Shown: piece after piece, positions 40,284 to 51,495 of the stretch | Layout: every line of letters starts with the position of its first letter | Numbering within the stretch: the first letter of the stretch is position 1 | Assembly (NCBI GenBank): GCA_963707985.1 | Contig: CAVPRW010000032.1 | Location: 128,001-192,000 of the forward strand | From: an uncultured Nitrospinota bacterium | Lineage (GTDB): Bacteria; Tectomicrobia; Entotheonellia; J063; CAVPRW01 | Length of the DNA stretch: 64,000 bases | Direction of reading: 5' to 3' | Program-made: the position numbers and the translations under genes | The notes under the pieces: generated by a model | Told to the model about the DNA's origin: nothing | The model's input: the letters and a program-made list of their open reading frames with translations, nothing else | Database searches by the model: none

Positions 40284-42714
40284 ATGCGGCAGACAACGGT
40301 GGATTTGAGTGTGAGCGGCATGTCATGTGCCAGCTGCGTGGCGAGTCTGGAGGCTGCGCTGGGACGTGTGCCCGGCGTCACTGCTGTCCACGTCAACCTC
40401 GCCACCGAACGGGCCACGATGACCTATGATGCCGACGCAACCTCTGTGCAAACCCTGGCCCAGGCGGTCGAGGATGCCGGTTATCAGGTACGGACAGAAA
40501 CGGTAACGCTGCCAATCCACGGAATGACCTGTGCCGCCTGCGTCAATACGCTGGAGCGCGGCCTGCGCCAGGCCAACGGCGTGCTCTCCGCCACGGTCAA
40601 TCTGGCCACGGAGCGTGGGACGGTGACCTATCTGCCCGCGCTTATCGCCCCCCAGGAACTACGCCAGGTGGTCGAAGATTTAGGCTACGAAGTCCTAGAG
40701 GCCACCGGTCCTGTCGAGGACTTCGAACAGAAGTCGCGCGACCAGGAAATGGCGACGCTCCGGCGCAAGTTTGTCGTGGGAGCGATCCTCAGCGCCCTGG
40801 TGATGGTGGGCAGCATGCCCGAGTTGGTGCCCTGGTGGCCGACCATCCTCACCAACCACGTGACTCTGTGGGCGTTGACCACGCCGGTCCAATTCTGGGT
40901 TGGCTGGCAGTTTCTGCGGGGGTTTGGCAAGGCTCTGCGCCACGGCACCGCGGATATGAACACGCTGGTGAGCGTCGGCACCATGGCCGCCTACCTCTAT
41001 AGCGTCGGCGTCACAGTCGCGCCATGGTTGTTCAGCGCCGAAGGCATCCATGTCGCCGTCTACTTCGATACCGCTGCCGTCCTCATCACGCTCATCGTAC
41101 TGGGGCGCTGGCTGGAGGCCAAGGCCCGTGGACACACCTCGGAGGCCATCAAGCGTTTACTTGGACTCCAACCCAAGACGGCTCGCGTGCGCCGTGGTGG
41201 CGAAGAGGTTGAGATCGCGGTGGAAGCGGTGCGCCTCGGCGACCTCATCGTCGTGCGCCCTGGCGAGAAAATTCCGGTGGATGGTCTGGTGCGGGAAGGT
41301 CATTCCGCGGTGGATGAGTCCATGCTCACCGGCGAGAGCCTGCCGGTTGAGAAATCTCCAGGTGCGTCAGTGGTGGGCGCGAGCCTGAATAAAACTGGAA
41401 TGTTCGTGTTCGAGGCCACACGCGTCGGTAAGGACACCGTTCTGGCGCAGATCATCCAGTTGGTGGAATCGGCCCAGGGCTCGAAAGCGCCGATTCAACG
41501 CCTGGCCGATCAGATCGCTGGCGTCTTCGTACCCATTGTGGTCGGGATTGCGGCGGTGACCTTCGCCGTCTGGTATGCCCTGGGTCCAGATCCCGCCTTC
41601 ACCTACGCCTTATCAAATTTTATGGCCGTGCTGTTGATCGCCTGCCCCTGTGCGCTGGGATTGGCCACGCCCACTGCGATTATGGTGGGCACGGGTCGGG
41701 GAGCGGAGCAGGGGATTTTGATCAAGAGCGCCGAGAGCCTGGAGACGGCCCATCGGGTGCAGACCGTGATCTTCGATAAGACCGGCACGCTGACCCGTGG
41801 CGAGCCCGTGGTCACTGAGGTGGTGGCGGTCGATGAGGTGGGGAAGGCTACAGCCATACGGTTGGCGGCCGCGGCCGAATGGGGGTCGGAGCACCCGCTT
41901 GGTCAGGCCATCGTCGCGAAAGCCCAGGAAGACGGCATCGCGGTGGTGCCGGGGGAGGATTTCGAGGCGTTTCCCGGCCATGGCATACAGGCGCATGTTG
42001 AGGGTACACTCGTGCGTTTGGGAACACGACAGTTCCTGATGGATCATGGCATCGCGCTCAACGGCCTGGAAAAAGAGGCCGAGCGCTTGGCCGAGGCCGG
42101 TCAGACACCGATGTATGTCGCCGTGGACGCCACGGCCATCGGGGTCATCGCCGTGGCGGATACGCTGAAACCGAGCGCACGAGCCGCTGTGGAGGCGCTA
42201 CAGTGCGATGGGCCTCGAGGTGGCGATGATCACCGGGGATCACGCCCGCACGGCGGCGGCGATTGCCCGGCAGGTCGGTATCGATCGCGTGCTGGCGCAG
42301 GTGCTGCCGCAGGAGAAAGCGGCCAAGGTCAAGGAACTGCAGGCCGAGGGTCGAGTGGTGGCGATGGTCGGGGATGGCATCAACGATGCCCCCGCCCTGG
42401 CCCAGGCGGATGTAGGGATCGCTCTGGGAACCGGCACGGACGTGGCGATCGAAACCGCCGATATCGTCCTGCTGCGGGAAGATTTGCTCGGAGTCGCCAC
42501 GGCCATCCGCTTGAGTCGACGCACCATGCGGACGATTCGTCAGAATCTGTTCTGGGCCTTTTTCTACAACGCGATGCTGATCCCAGTAGCGGCCGGTGTG
42601 CTCTATCCGTTCTTCGGGATTTTGCTCAATCCGATGCTTGCCGGGGCGGCCATGGCGTTTAGCTCGGTCTCGGTGGTGGCAAATTCGCTGCGCTTGCGAC
42701 GGTTCACCGCCTGA
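40284..42714 (+). CDS. copA: copper-translocating P1B-ATPase (frameshift near 42205)
   Basis: Two GMxCxxC HMA domains, TGES, CPC, DKTGT, SEHP; TGD, GDGIND, YN, MAFSS in second frame. Confidence 0.92.
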
Positions 42715-42754
42715 TCAGTGCTGTAGCCAGCAGGAGGGAAACAGGTCGGCACAC

Positions 42755-43453
42755 ATGGCCGAGTGGGCGATCGAAACACATGACTTGACGAAGCGCTATG
42801 GATACCGACCGGTCCTCAATGGGGTTGATTTATTTGTCAAGCGAGGGGAATTTTTGGTCTTATTCGGCGCCAATGGCGCTGGGAAGAGCACGCTCATCCG
42901 TATTCTCTGCACGCTGATGAAACCCTCTGGCGGGACCGCTAAAGTGGCGGGATACAGCATCGTTGACGACCCTGACAGAGTACGCGCCAGTATCGGGCTC
43001 ATCGGCCACAGCAGCTACCTGTACGAAGACCTGACGGCGGTTGAGAATATGCGCTTCTATCTGCGGATGCGCGGTGTCGATGCGGTCGAACGGCGGACGG
43101 CAGAGGCGCTGCGGGTAACCGGATTGGAGCGTGCTATGGCGAATCAGGTACGCACGTTCTCGACCGGCATGAAAAAGCGGCTGTGCATTGCCAAGATCGT
43201 GGCGGACCCGCCGCACATCCTGTTTTTAGACGAACCCTATAGCGGTTTGGACGAAGCAGGCATGCGCATGCTGAACCGTTTCCTGCTGACGCTGAAAACC
43301 GAGGGCTGCACGGTGTTCATGGCCACCCATCACCGGGAACAGGGGCTAGCAACCGGAGACCGTGCCCTGTATCTGGAAGGTGGAAGGTTGCATGCCCAAT
43401 TTCCGCTCTCCCCAGGAGAGGATCAGGGTGAGGGGGAATTGGGGGCGTCTTAA
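42755..43453 (+). CDS. ccmA: heme exporter ATP-binding subunit
   Basis: GANGAGKS, FSTGMKKR, LDEP; operon context. Confidence 0.88.
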   Translation: MAEWAIETHDLTKRYGYRPVLNGVDLFVKRGEFLVLFGANGAGKSTLIRILCTLMKPSGGTAKVAGYSIVDDPDRVRASIGLIGHSSYLYEDLTAVENMRFYLRMRGVDAVERRTAEALRVTGLERAMANQVRTFSTGMKKRLCIAKIVADPPHILFLDEPYSGLDEAGMRMLNRFLLTLKTEGCTVFMATHHREQGLATGDRALYLEGGRLHAQFPLSPGEDQGEGELGAS

Positions 43454-43491
43454 GATCGCCCTCACCCCAGCCCTCTCCCGCAGGGAGAGGG
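43406..43491. repeat. inverted REP doublet
   Basis: CTCTCCCCAGGAGAGG..GGGTGAGGG and CCCTCACCCCAGCCCTCTCCCGCAGGGAGAGGG. Confidence 0.75.
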
Positions 43492-43522
43492 AGTAAAAGC
43501 AAGGTATTTGAGGTTTCCTGGG

Positions 43523-44199
43523 ATGGCCGGTCTGCGCACGGTATACCTCTTGGTCACCAAAGATTTACTGGTGGAGCTCCGTAATCGCGAGACCTTCACC
43601 GTGATGCTGTTCTTTGCGGTCGTCATTTTGTTTCTGTTTCACTTTAGCTTGAACCCCGAGCGGGAGAATACGACCCAGCTTGCGCCTGGGCTGCTGTGGT
43701 TAGCCTTTGTCTTTACGGGTGTCTTGGGCCTGAGTCGTTCCTTTCAGGCCGAGCAGGCGAATGATTGCCTGGAACAGTTACTCCTCATCCCCGGCGATCG
43801 CGGGAACATTTTCCTGGGGAAACTCGTCGGAAACATGGCCTTCATGCTGGCCGTTGAGCTGTTGATCTTGCCGTTGTTCGCGCTGTTCTTCCAGCTCAAC
43901 CTGTGGGAGGTGCTGCTCCCCCTGCTCCTGGTCGCAGTCCTCGGAACGTTCGGCTTCGCCGCCATCGGCACGCTGTTTTCGGCCTTGACCGCCAATCTGC
44001 GTGCACGTGAAGTGTTGTTTCCCCTGCTCCTGTTCCCCTTAGTCGTACCGGTAATTATCGGAGCCGTCACGGCGACCGGGGTCATTCTAGGGGGGGAACG
44101 CTCGGCGAGGCCAGCGGCTGGTTGAAGCTCTTAGGGGCATTTGATACGATATTCCTGGTTGTGGCCTATCTGACTTTCGAGTTTGTGGTGGAACAGTGA
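43523..44199 (+). CDS. ccmB: heme exporter permease (frameshift near 44100)
   Basis: KDLLVELR, PGLLW, EVLFPLLLFPLVVPV; last helix in second frame. Confidence 0.88.
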
Positions 44200-44900
44200 C
44201 AGCGGAAAGCCCCATGATCGGACGATACCTGGCCAATGGACTCGGGATGCTGGCACTGCTCACCGTGCTGATCGGCCTTTACCTGGCATTCGTTTATGCC
44301 CCCGCCGACATGCTTCAGGGCGATGTGCAGCGCATCATGTATATCCACGTGCCAACCGCGTGGGTCGCCTTTTTCGCCTTTTTCGTGGTCTTCGTGTCGA
44401 GTCTCGTGTACCTCTGGAAACGCCTTCCGGAGGCCGATCGGCTGGCCTACGCCTCGGCTGAGATCGGCGTGCTGTTTACGGGGTTGACGCTGATCGATGG
44501 GTCGATCTGGGGCAAACCGACGTGGGGGATCTGGTGGACGTGGGATGCGCGTTTGACCACCACGGCGATCTTGTTCGTGATTTATGTCGGGTACCTCATG
44601 TTACGGTCCTTCGTCGAGGAACCCGAGCGCCGGGCGCGCTTGGCGGCCCTGGTGGGGATCGTCGGATTTATCGATGTGCCAATTATCTACATGTCGGTCT
44701 TGTGGTTTCGCACGCTGCACCAGCCGCCATCGATCCAACGTGGCGGGGCCTCGATGCCGGATCCCATGTTATTTACGCTGCTGTTCAACTTTGGGGCATA
44801 CACGCTGGTGTATCTGTTTTTCCTGGTGAAGCGGGTGCGGCTCGAAAGCCTGAACGCCATCGTTGAGGCACTTATCGCGGAGAAAGCCGTCCATGACTAA
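44196..44900 (+). CDS. ccmC: heme exporter protein C
   Basis: [27 protein letters not shown]. Confidence 0.95.
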   Translation: MTAESPMIGRYLANGLGMLALLTVLIGLYLAFVYAPADMLQGDVQRIMYIHVPTAWVAFFAFFVVFVSSLVYLWKRLPEADRLAYASAEIGVLFTGLTLIDGSIWGKPTWGIWWTWDARLTTTAILFVIYVGYLMLRSFVEEPERRARLAALVGIVGFIDVPIIYMSVLWFRTLHQPPSIQRGGASMPDPMLFTLLFNFGAYTLVYLFFLVKRVRLESLNAIVEALIAEKAVHD

Positions 44901-45045
44901 TGTGGGATACATCATCGCGGCCTATGTGATCACGCTCGGGGCCCTGGCTCTGTATGGGTTGCAGCTCTGGAGCCGCCTACGCTCTGTGGAGCGCCAGGTG
45001 GCCGCATCGACAGCCGATGAGGGACTGCATTATGGCCGCCGGTAA
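44893..45045 (+). CDS. ccmD: heme exporter protein D
   Basis: YIIAAY, single TM, between ccmC and ccmE. Confidence 0.7.
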   Translation: MTNVGYIIAAYVITLGALALYGLQLWSRLRSVERQVAASTADEGLHYGRR

Positions 45046-45505
45046 TCGTCGTACACGCAGGCTGAAGCTCCTGATTGGCGCGACGGTGATCGCCGCCTGT
45101 GTGGGCTATCTTGTTTATGGAGGCATTCAGGAGACCATCGTATACTTCGTCACCCCGAGCGAGCTGCACGCCAAAGGGACGTCAGCCTTCGGCAAATCGT
45201 TGCGACTGGGAGGTCTGGTGAAAGCGGGGAGTTGGACTAAGGAACCGGGGACCTTGTTCCATACCTTCGACTTGGTCGATGACACGTCGACGGTGAGGGT
45301 GGCATATCGCGGCATCCCGCCCGATCTCTTCGGTGAGGGTCGTGGCGCCTTAGTGGAGGGGAGTTACGGTGCGGATGGTTTATTTCAAGCGAAGACCATC
45401 CTGGCCAAACATTCCGAGGACTATAAGGCGACCGAAGACCATGCCTCCAAGGACGCGCGGGAGATGATGTATAACTCCGTGACCAAAGGAAGTCAGTCGC
45501 AGTAG
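45032..45505 (+). CDS. ccmE: heme chaperone
   Basis: YFVTPSE, PDLFGEG, LAKHSEDY. Confidence 0.93.
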   Translation: MAAGNRRTRRLKLLIGATVIAACVGYLVYGGIQETIVYFVTPSELHAKGTSAFGKSLRLGGLVKAGSWTKEPGTLFHTFDLVDDTSTVRVAYRGIPPDLFGEGRGALVEGSYGADGLFQAKTILAKHSEDYKATEDHASKDAREMMYNSVTKGSQSQ

Positions 45506-45510
45506 TTGTC

Positions 45511-45543
45511 CCCTCTCCCTCTGGGAGAGGGTTAGGGTGAGGG
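45511..45543. repeat. REP-like element
   Basis: CCCTCTCCCTCTGGGAGAGGGTTAGGGTGAGGG. Confidence 0.8.
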
Positions 45544-45563
45544 AGAGGGAGAAAGGCACAGCA

Positions 45564-47567
45564 ATGATCAGCCAACTGGGATCCCTATTGCTGATGATCA
45601 GCCTGGTAGTGGCTGTTTATGGCATCGTCGCTGCGGCATTGGGGGCACACCTCGGTCGCTGGGAGTTTGTGGCCAGCGCCTACCGGGCGGTGCTCTGGCT
45701 CTTCGGACTGGTGACAGTAGCGGCTTTATTGCTCGTGGCCGCGCTGCTCACCTATGATTTCAGCATCGCCTATGTGGCCCGTAACACCCTACGTGGCACG
45801 CCCCTGTACTACCGTGTGACCGCCCTCTGGGGTTCCCTCGAGGGCTCGCTGCTGCTCTGGCAATGGCTGCTGTCAATGTTTTCGGCGGCGGTGGTCCTCA
45901 GCCAGCGGCGCAAGCTTCGCGAGTTGATGCCCTACGCTGTGGCCGTGCTGCTCACGGTGTCGGCCTTCTTCCTGTTTATCATGGTCGTCCCCGCCAACCC
46001 TTTCCGGGCACAATTCCCCATTCCCGCGGACGGCCGTGGTTTGAATCCCCTGCTGCTCACCACCAGCATGATTTTCCACCCAGTGTTTCTCTATCTGGGG
46101 TTCGTCGGCTTCACCATTCCTTTCGCCTTTGCCATCGGGGCACTTATCTCGGGGCGATTCGGTGACGAGTGGATCATCGCCACTCGCCGCTGGACCGTCA
46201 TGGCATGGTATTTTCTGACCGTGGGAATTCTGATCGGCGGCTGGTGGGCCTATACCACGCTGGGGTGGGGCGGTTATTGGGCCTGGGATCCGGTGGAGAA
46301 CGCCTCATTCATGCCATGGCTGCTGGGCACGGCGTTTTTGCACTCGGTGATGATCCAGGAATATCGCAAGATGTTGAAAACCTGGAATCTGACCCTGATC
46401 ATCATGACGTTTGCCATGACCATGTTTGGCACCTTTTTGACGCGTAGCGGCATTATCTCCTCGGTGCACGCCTTCTCGAACTCGACGCTGGGAACCTATT
46501 TCCTGATGTTCATCGGCTTGCTGCTGCTCTTCTCCTTTGCGGCACTGGTGTATCGCCTCGACGAGTTACGCGGGCAGGCAGAGCTCGATTCCATGTTGTC
46601 ACGCGAGACAATCTTCCTGGCCAACAATGTGATTCTGGTGGTGATCACCTTCACCATTTTTCTGGGGACGCTTTTTCCGGTGCTGGCGGAGGCGGTACGC
46701 GGCGTCAAAGCAAGCGTCGGCGCGCCATTTTTCAATAAGGTCACTGTGCCGCTCGCCTATGCACTGTTGGTGTTGATGGGGGTGGGGCCACTGATCGCCT
46801 GGCGGCGGGCTTCATGGGATAATCTGAAACGCAATTTTACCTATCCGCTACTGGCTGCGGCATTGGTCGCCGTGAGCGCCATCTTCTGGACGCGCAACCC
46901 CTATGCCCTGATCTCCTTCAGCGTCTGTGCGTTCGTCACTGGCACAATCGTCTTTGAGTTCTACAAGGGCGTGCACGCCCGTCGTCAACTCGTCCCTGGC
47001 ACCAGCGTGTTACAGGCGCTGTGGACCTTGTTCACACGCAATCGGCGACGCTACGGGGGCTTTGTCGTGCACTTCGGGGTGGTGGTGACCATCATTGGTA
47101 TTACCGTATCCTCGAACTTCACCATCGAGAAGGAGGTCCGCATGGCACGCGGCGAGGTCGTGCACGTCGGCAATTACGATTTGCGCTATGAGGGTCGGCG
47201 GGCCTACAACGAGGTGTATCGCGAGGTCGTCTGGACCGATTTCACCGTGCTGCGCAATGGACGAGAAGTCACCAAGCTTGCAGCCGGCAAGTCGTTTCAT
47301 CCCAATGAACAACAACCGATCGCACAGGTCGGCATCCGCTCCACCCCATGGGAAGATCTCTACCTCACTCTGGGTGGCGTTGAACCGGATGGCTCCGCAG
47401 CGACGCTGAAGGTGATGGTCAAACCCATGGTGATGTGGATCTGGATTGGCGGCCTCATTATCACGTTTGGGGCGCTGATCACCATCATTCCGAGTCGTAC
47501 TGGGAAGGTACCGACCGCGCCAACACTCGATCTCGCGGCCCGTGAGGCCGTGGGATCCGTACACTAA
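45564..47567 (+). CDS. ccmF: heme lyase
   Basis: EGSLLLW, WGGYWAWDPVEN, SVHAF. Confidence 0.95.
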   Translation: MISQLGSLLLMISLVVAVYGIVAAALGAHLGRWEFVASAYRAVLWLFGLVTVAALLLVAALLTYDFSIAYVARNTLRGTPLYYRVTALWGSLEGSLLLWQWLLSMFSAAVVLSQRRKLRELMPYAVAVLLTVSAFFLFIMVVPANPFRAQFPIPADGRGLNPLLLTTSMIFHPVFLYLGFVGFTIPFAFAIGALISGRFGDEWIIATRRWTVMAWYFLTVGILIGGWWAYTTLGWGGYWAWDPVENASFMPWLLGTAFLHSVMIQEYRKMLKTWNLTLIIMTFAMTMFGTFLTRSGIISSVHAFSNSTLGTYFLMFIGLLLLFSFAALVYRLDELRGQAELDSMLSRETIFLANNVILVVITFTIFLGTLFPVLAEAVRGVKASVGAPFFNKVTVPLAYALLVLMGVGPLIAWRRASWDNLKRNFTYPLLAAALVAVSAIFWTRNPYALISFSVCAFVTGTIVFEFYKGVHARRQLVPGTSVLQALWTLFTRNRRRYGGFVVHFGVVVTIIGITVSSNFTIEKEVRMARGEVVHVGNYDLRYEGRRAYNEVYREVVWTDFTVLRNGREVTKLAAGKSFHPNEQQPIAQVGIRSTPWEDLYLTLGGVEPDGSAATLKVMVKPMVMWIWIGGLIITFGALITIIPSRTGKVPTAPTLDLAAREAVGSVH

Positions 47568-47578
47568 TCCGGTGCGAG

Positions 47579-48115
47579 ATGATGGTGAAGAAAGTCCTGA
47601 TCCTCGTCGCGATCCTGCCGGTGTTAGCTTTACTAGCTTATGCCTTAACCCTTGATCCGCGGTCGATCCCCTCGCCGTTGGTTGGACGCCAGGCCGGCGA
47701 TTTTACCTTATCATTGTTCAACGGCGGCAGGTTCACGTTGGCGGAACAGCGGGGCAAGGTCGTGGTGCTCAATGTATGGTCGTCATGGTGCATCCCGGCA
47801 TGCTACAATGAGGCTCCTGCACTGGAGGCGGCGTGGCAACGCTTCCGCAGTCGAGACGTGGTGGTCGTCGGCGTCAACTATCAGGATCGTGACGCTCCGG
47901 CGCGGGAATTTTTAGCGCGGTTCAAGCATAGTTTTCCCAACGGGCCGGATATCGGCAGCAAAATCTCCATCGAATACGGCGTCCGGGGAGTGCCAGAGAC
48001 GTTTTTGATCGATCGTGACGGCCGGATTGCCTACAGACATGTGGGCGAAATTTCTCTGCCGATCCTGGTCCAACATATCGAGCAGCTGTTAGAGCAATCC
48101 GGAGGCACGTCATGA
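47579..48115 (+). CDS. ccmG: thiol:disulfide oxidoreductase
   Basis: WCIPAC active site (unusual CxxxC spacing), YGVRGVPETF. Confidence 0.85.
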   Translation: MMVKKVLILVAILPVLALLAYALTLDPRSIPSPLVGRQAGDFTLSLFNGGRFTLAEQRGKVVVLNVWSSWCIPACYNEAPALEAAWQRFRSRDVVVVGVNYQDRDAPAREFLARFKHSFPNGPDIGSKISIEYGVRGVPETFLIDRDGRIAYRHVGEISLPILVQHIEQLLEQSGGTS

Positions 48116-48816
48116 AGGGGGATAGGCGCCACGTTAAGGATGGAGACAGCCAGGGCCAGGCCCTTTGCCTCCCTCTCCCTGTGGGAGAGGGCCGGGGTGA
48201 GGGAAGCCAAACCAGTCGACTATGCCCTGCCGCCCTCACCCTCACCCTCTCCCAGAGGGAGAGGGTACACCGTCAAGGTACTTATCCTAGCGTCTATACC
48301 ATCAGGGAAAGAGGCGAGAGATGTCAGCAGCGTAGAAGAGGTTCGCCCTGCAGTTGGTTGGCGATGTTGGGCTTGACGGGACTCGTCATGATGTGCTGCC
48401 TCCCCCTCAGCCTGGGAGCGACGTCATCGGACCTGGAAGCACAAGTCCACGACCTCGCCACGCAACTGCGCTGCCCTGTCTGCCAGGGGCTGTCCGTGGG
48501 GGACTCCCCCTCAGAATTGGCCAATGAGATGCGCACCCTGGTACGGGAGCAATTGCAGCAGGGTAAAACTCCGGCGGAGGTGCTGGATTACTTTGCTCAG
48601 CGCTACGGCGAGTGGATTTTGCTGGCACCGCCCAAGCATGGCTTTAACCTGGTGATCTGGGTTTTGCCGTTCGTCCTGCTGCCGATCGGGGCCGCTATCG
48701 TCTATGTGGGAGCGCGTCGTTGGGTACGCAGATCTGCGGCGGCCGAACCATCGTCACGGCAAGTGGATTCGCCGTACGCTGAGCGCTTACAACGCGAGCT
48801 TGATTCATATCAATAG
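48112..48816 (+). CDS. ccmH: cytochrome c biogenesis protein (true start may be 48364)
   Basis: LRCPVCQG, RYGEWILLAPP. Confidence 0.9.
   Translation: MKGDRRHVKDGDSQGQALCLPLPVGEGRGEGSQTSRLCPAALTLTLSQRERVHRQGTYPSVYTIRERGERCQQRRRGSPCSWLAMLGLTGLVMMCCLPLSLGATSSDLEAQVHDLATQLRCPVCQGLSVGDSPSELANEMRTLVREQLQQGKTPAEVLDYFAQRYGEWILLAPPKHGFNLVIWVLPFVLLPIGAAIVYVGARRWVRRSAAAEPSSRQVDSPYAERLQRELDSYQ
48171..48265. repeat. inverted REP doublet
   Basis: CCCTCTCCCTGTGGGAGAGGG..GGGTGAGGG and CCCTCACCC..CCCTCTCCCAGAGGGAGAGGG. Confidence 0.8.
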
Positions 48817-48825
48817 GCAACAAGT

Positions 48826-49785
48826 GTGATCATCACTATCATAGCGATTGTCATCACATTGGGAACCGTGGCGTACCTCGGTTATCCGATCATACGTCGT
48901 GATCGCACCTATGCCCCCGATCAGACTGACGGTGTCGCCATGCTGCACGACCTACGCGCGGAGAAAGATACCGTTCTACGAGCCATTAAAGACCTCGAAT
49001 TCGACCTGGCCTCTGGCAAGCTCTCGAACGAAGACTACAGCGCCATGCGGAGCAAATACGAAGCGCGGGCGATGGATATCATACAGGACCTTGATACGCA
49101 GGAAGCGGCATTGCAGAAGTCGCCACAGCCTCCTGTCCCGCCTGGACATCCCACCCCTAGTCGAGCCAGGGCTGCTGGTGAGCGCTGGCCCCGTCCACTG
49201 TTCGCGGCGTCGGTGATCGGCTTGCTCATCGCGATCGTTGGTGGCGGGGGATTTTTACTCGGACGTGTGACCCAGGGAACAGCCGAGGAGGGGATGGCGC
49301 GCGAGTCTGCGCCGGGGGATACGGGCGACGGGGCTCAGATGATCACGGCGCTAGAAGCCCGATTGGCCCAGAATCCTCGCGATCTTGAGGCCCTGGTCGG
49401 TCTTGGTCGCGTATACTTACAGACGGGGCAGGTGGCCAAGGCCATTGACCTCTATAAGCGCGCACTGGAAATCGACGCCACTAACGTGTCGGCCCTGAGC
49501 GGCATGGCGATGATTCTGGCCCAAGCCGGCCATAGCGATCAGGCGCTGACGTTATTCGATCGCGTGCTGGCGATCAACCCCCAGGTGCCCATGGCTTTGC
49601 TCTTCAAGGGCCGTATTCTGTACGAGGACAAGAAAGATTACACCGCAGCGATCGCCAGCTGGGAGCAATTTTTGCGCATCATGCCTCAAGGTGGTCCTGC
49701 GGATGTGGTGCGAGGTTGGATCGAAGACGCACGGCGCGAAGCGCGGAAAGTGGAAGGGGATGACCAATCGATCAAGGTACCCTGA
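48826..49785 (+). CDS. ccmI: CcmI/CycH-like TPR protein
   Basis: DLEFDLASGKLSNEDY, TM, TPR repeats. Confidence 0.75.
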   Translation: MIITIIAIVITLGTVAYLGYPIIRRDRTYAPDQTDGVAMLHDLRAEKDTVLRAIKDLEFDLASGKLSNEDYSAMRSKYEARAMDIIQDLDTQEAALQKSPQPPVPPGHPTPSRARAAGERWPRPLFAASVIGLLIAIVGGGGFLLGRVTQGTAEEGMARESAPGDTGDGAQMITALEARLAQNPRDLEALVGLGRVYLQTGQVAKAIDLYKRALEIDATNVSALSGMAMILAQAGHSDQALTLFDRVLAINPQVPMALLFKGRILYEDKKDYTAAIASWEQFLRIMPQGGPADVVRGWIEDARREARKVEGDDQSIKVP

Positions 49786-49856
49786 GAGCCAGCGGAAAGG
49801 CTGAGTCGCTCCTTGGGGTACATATGCGAGGTCGAGGAGGGAGGAGGACAGACGCG

Positions 49857-50411
49857 ATGGGGGAAGGGACGCAGCAGGCCCTTAGACGGACGGCGCAGGC
49901 GAGTGGAAAAGACGTGTCGGTGTGGTATCGGCGTGATGTATTTTCGGCGGCGGGCTGGGCTGCAGTGTTTGTGGCGACCATGACCGGGTTGATGGGGTTT
50001 ATGCGTTACATGTTTCCTCGCGTGCTGTTTGAGCCTCCTACGACGTTTAAGGCGGGGTTCCCAACAGAGTATGCTCTGGGCGCCGTAAACGAAAAGTTCA
50101 AGAAGGATCAGCGTGTCTGGATCGTGCGTCAGGAGGATGGAAATTTCTTCGCCATCTCGGCGATCTGTACCCATCTGGGCTGTACGCCGAACTGGTTCGC
50201 CACCGACAACAAATTCAAGTGCCCGTGTCACGGCAGCGGTTTTTATCGCGATGGCACCAATTACGAAGGGCCGGCGCCGCGTCCCCTCGACCGCTTCAAG
50301 CTCAGTCTGGATGCTGACGGTCGTCTGGTGGTCGACAAAGGTGTGGTCTTTCGCATGGCGCCTGGGCGCCTTCCGAACGAACAGTACCCACAGAGCATTT
50401 TCAAGGTATAA
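49857..50411 (+). CDS. Rieske iron-sulfur protein (QcrA/PetC-like)
   Basis: CTHLGC, CPCHGS, GPAPRPL. Confidence 0.9.
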   Translation: MGEGTQQALRRTAQASGKDVSVWYRRDVFSAAGWAAVFVATMTGLMGFMRYMFPRVLFEPPTTFKAGFPTEYALGAVNEKFKKDQRVWIVRQEDGNFFAISAICTHLGCTPNWFATDNKFKCPCHGSGFYRDGTNYEGPAPRPLDRFKLSLDADGRLVVDKGVVFRMAPGRLPNEQYPQSIFKV

Positions 50412-50481
50412 GCATCAGCCACCCGATGCTAGGCCTCCTGTAGATTTGCAGACGGGAGGCCTTTTTTATGAGGAGCGCGGC

Positions 50482-51267
50482 ATGCTGACAACAGGACAGA
50501 TTGAACAGCTGGCGACGCAGATATTAGCCCGATTCGACAGAGTTCAGACCGTCGACGCAATGGCCACAGACTTGGCCCGCCTCGGGATCGAAGATGCCTA
50601 CCGTGTCCAGCTTGCCCTGGTCGACCAGCGCTGCGCACGAGGAGAGCGGATTGTCGGCCGCAAGGTGGCGTTCACGAGCCGCGGCACGATGAGCCAATTC
50701 GGTGTCACCGAGTCAGCATTCGGGAGCATTCTCAGCGGTGGGGTCTTCACAGACGGCGACGCTGTGCCTGTTTCCCGCTTTCCGGCCGTAGGAGCCGAGG
50801 CCGAAGTGGGCTTCGTCATCGGTGAGGAGATCAGAGGCCCAGGGGTCACCATCGCACAGGTGCTCAAGGCGACGGCAGGTGTGGTGCCGGCCATGGAGAT
50901 CATCAATCTCTGCATTACTCATACTCCTTGGAGCGCTCTGGAGGTCATTGCCACCAACGCGGTGCATGGAGGTATCGTCCTGGGGGGACAGCTCACCCCT
51001 CTCGATGGACTGAATTTACGCTATGAAGGGATGGTGGCCGAGGTCGATGGCGAGCCCGTCGGTTCGGGCGCAGGGGTTGAAGTGCTCGGCCACCCCGCCA
51101 CGGCAGTGGCATGGCTGGCAAACAAGCTCGCCGATTTCGAGCTCGCCCTGCGCCCCGGTGATATCGTGCTCAGTGGCTCGATCATTCGCATGCTCGAGGT
51201 CAACGCCGGCCAGACAGTGAAGGTGACCTTCAGTCGCATCGGCACGGTTGGGGCGCGCTTCGTCTAG
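50482..51267 (+). CDS. 2-keto-4-pentenoate hydratase/FAH family protein
   Basis: DAYRVQ, VGRKV, EAEVGF, LGHP..VAWLAN, GDIVLSG. Confidence 0.85.
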   Translation: MLTTGQIEQLATQILARFDRVQTVDAMATDLARLGIEDAYRVQLALVDQRCARGERIVGRKVAFTSRGTMSQFGVTESAFGSILSGGVFTDGDAVPVSRFPAVGAEAEVGFVIGEEIRGPGVTIAQVLKATAGVVPAMEIINLCITHTPWSALEVIATNAVHGGIVLGGQLTPLDGLNLRYEGMVAEVDGEPVGSGAGVEVLGHPATAVAWLANKLADFELALRPGDIVLSGSIIRMLEVNAGQTVKVTFSRIGTVGARFV

Positions 51268-51495
51268 CCTCACCTTCGCCGAGCCCAAGTGTATCCCGCA
51301 ACAGCGCGTTGGTTTTGCGAGGCCCCAAGCAGTGCTGCAGCATCCCAGTGGCCCGGATCGAGGACCCCAGCCAGGGAGTGTTTCTGACACACCCCCAGAC
51401 GGCCACGCCCCATGCCAGAGCGGATCACCTGGGCCGTTGCTATGACGCACCCTCCGCGCCCATCTCTTATATGCGCATGGAAAGATTTCCGGTGT

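Noticed and set aside
50113..50481. N-terminal extension of the hydratase ORF
   Set aside because: Overlaps the Rieske gene; the RBS GAGGAG supports a start at 50482
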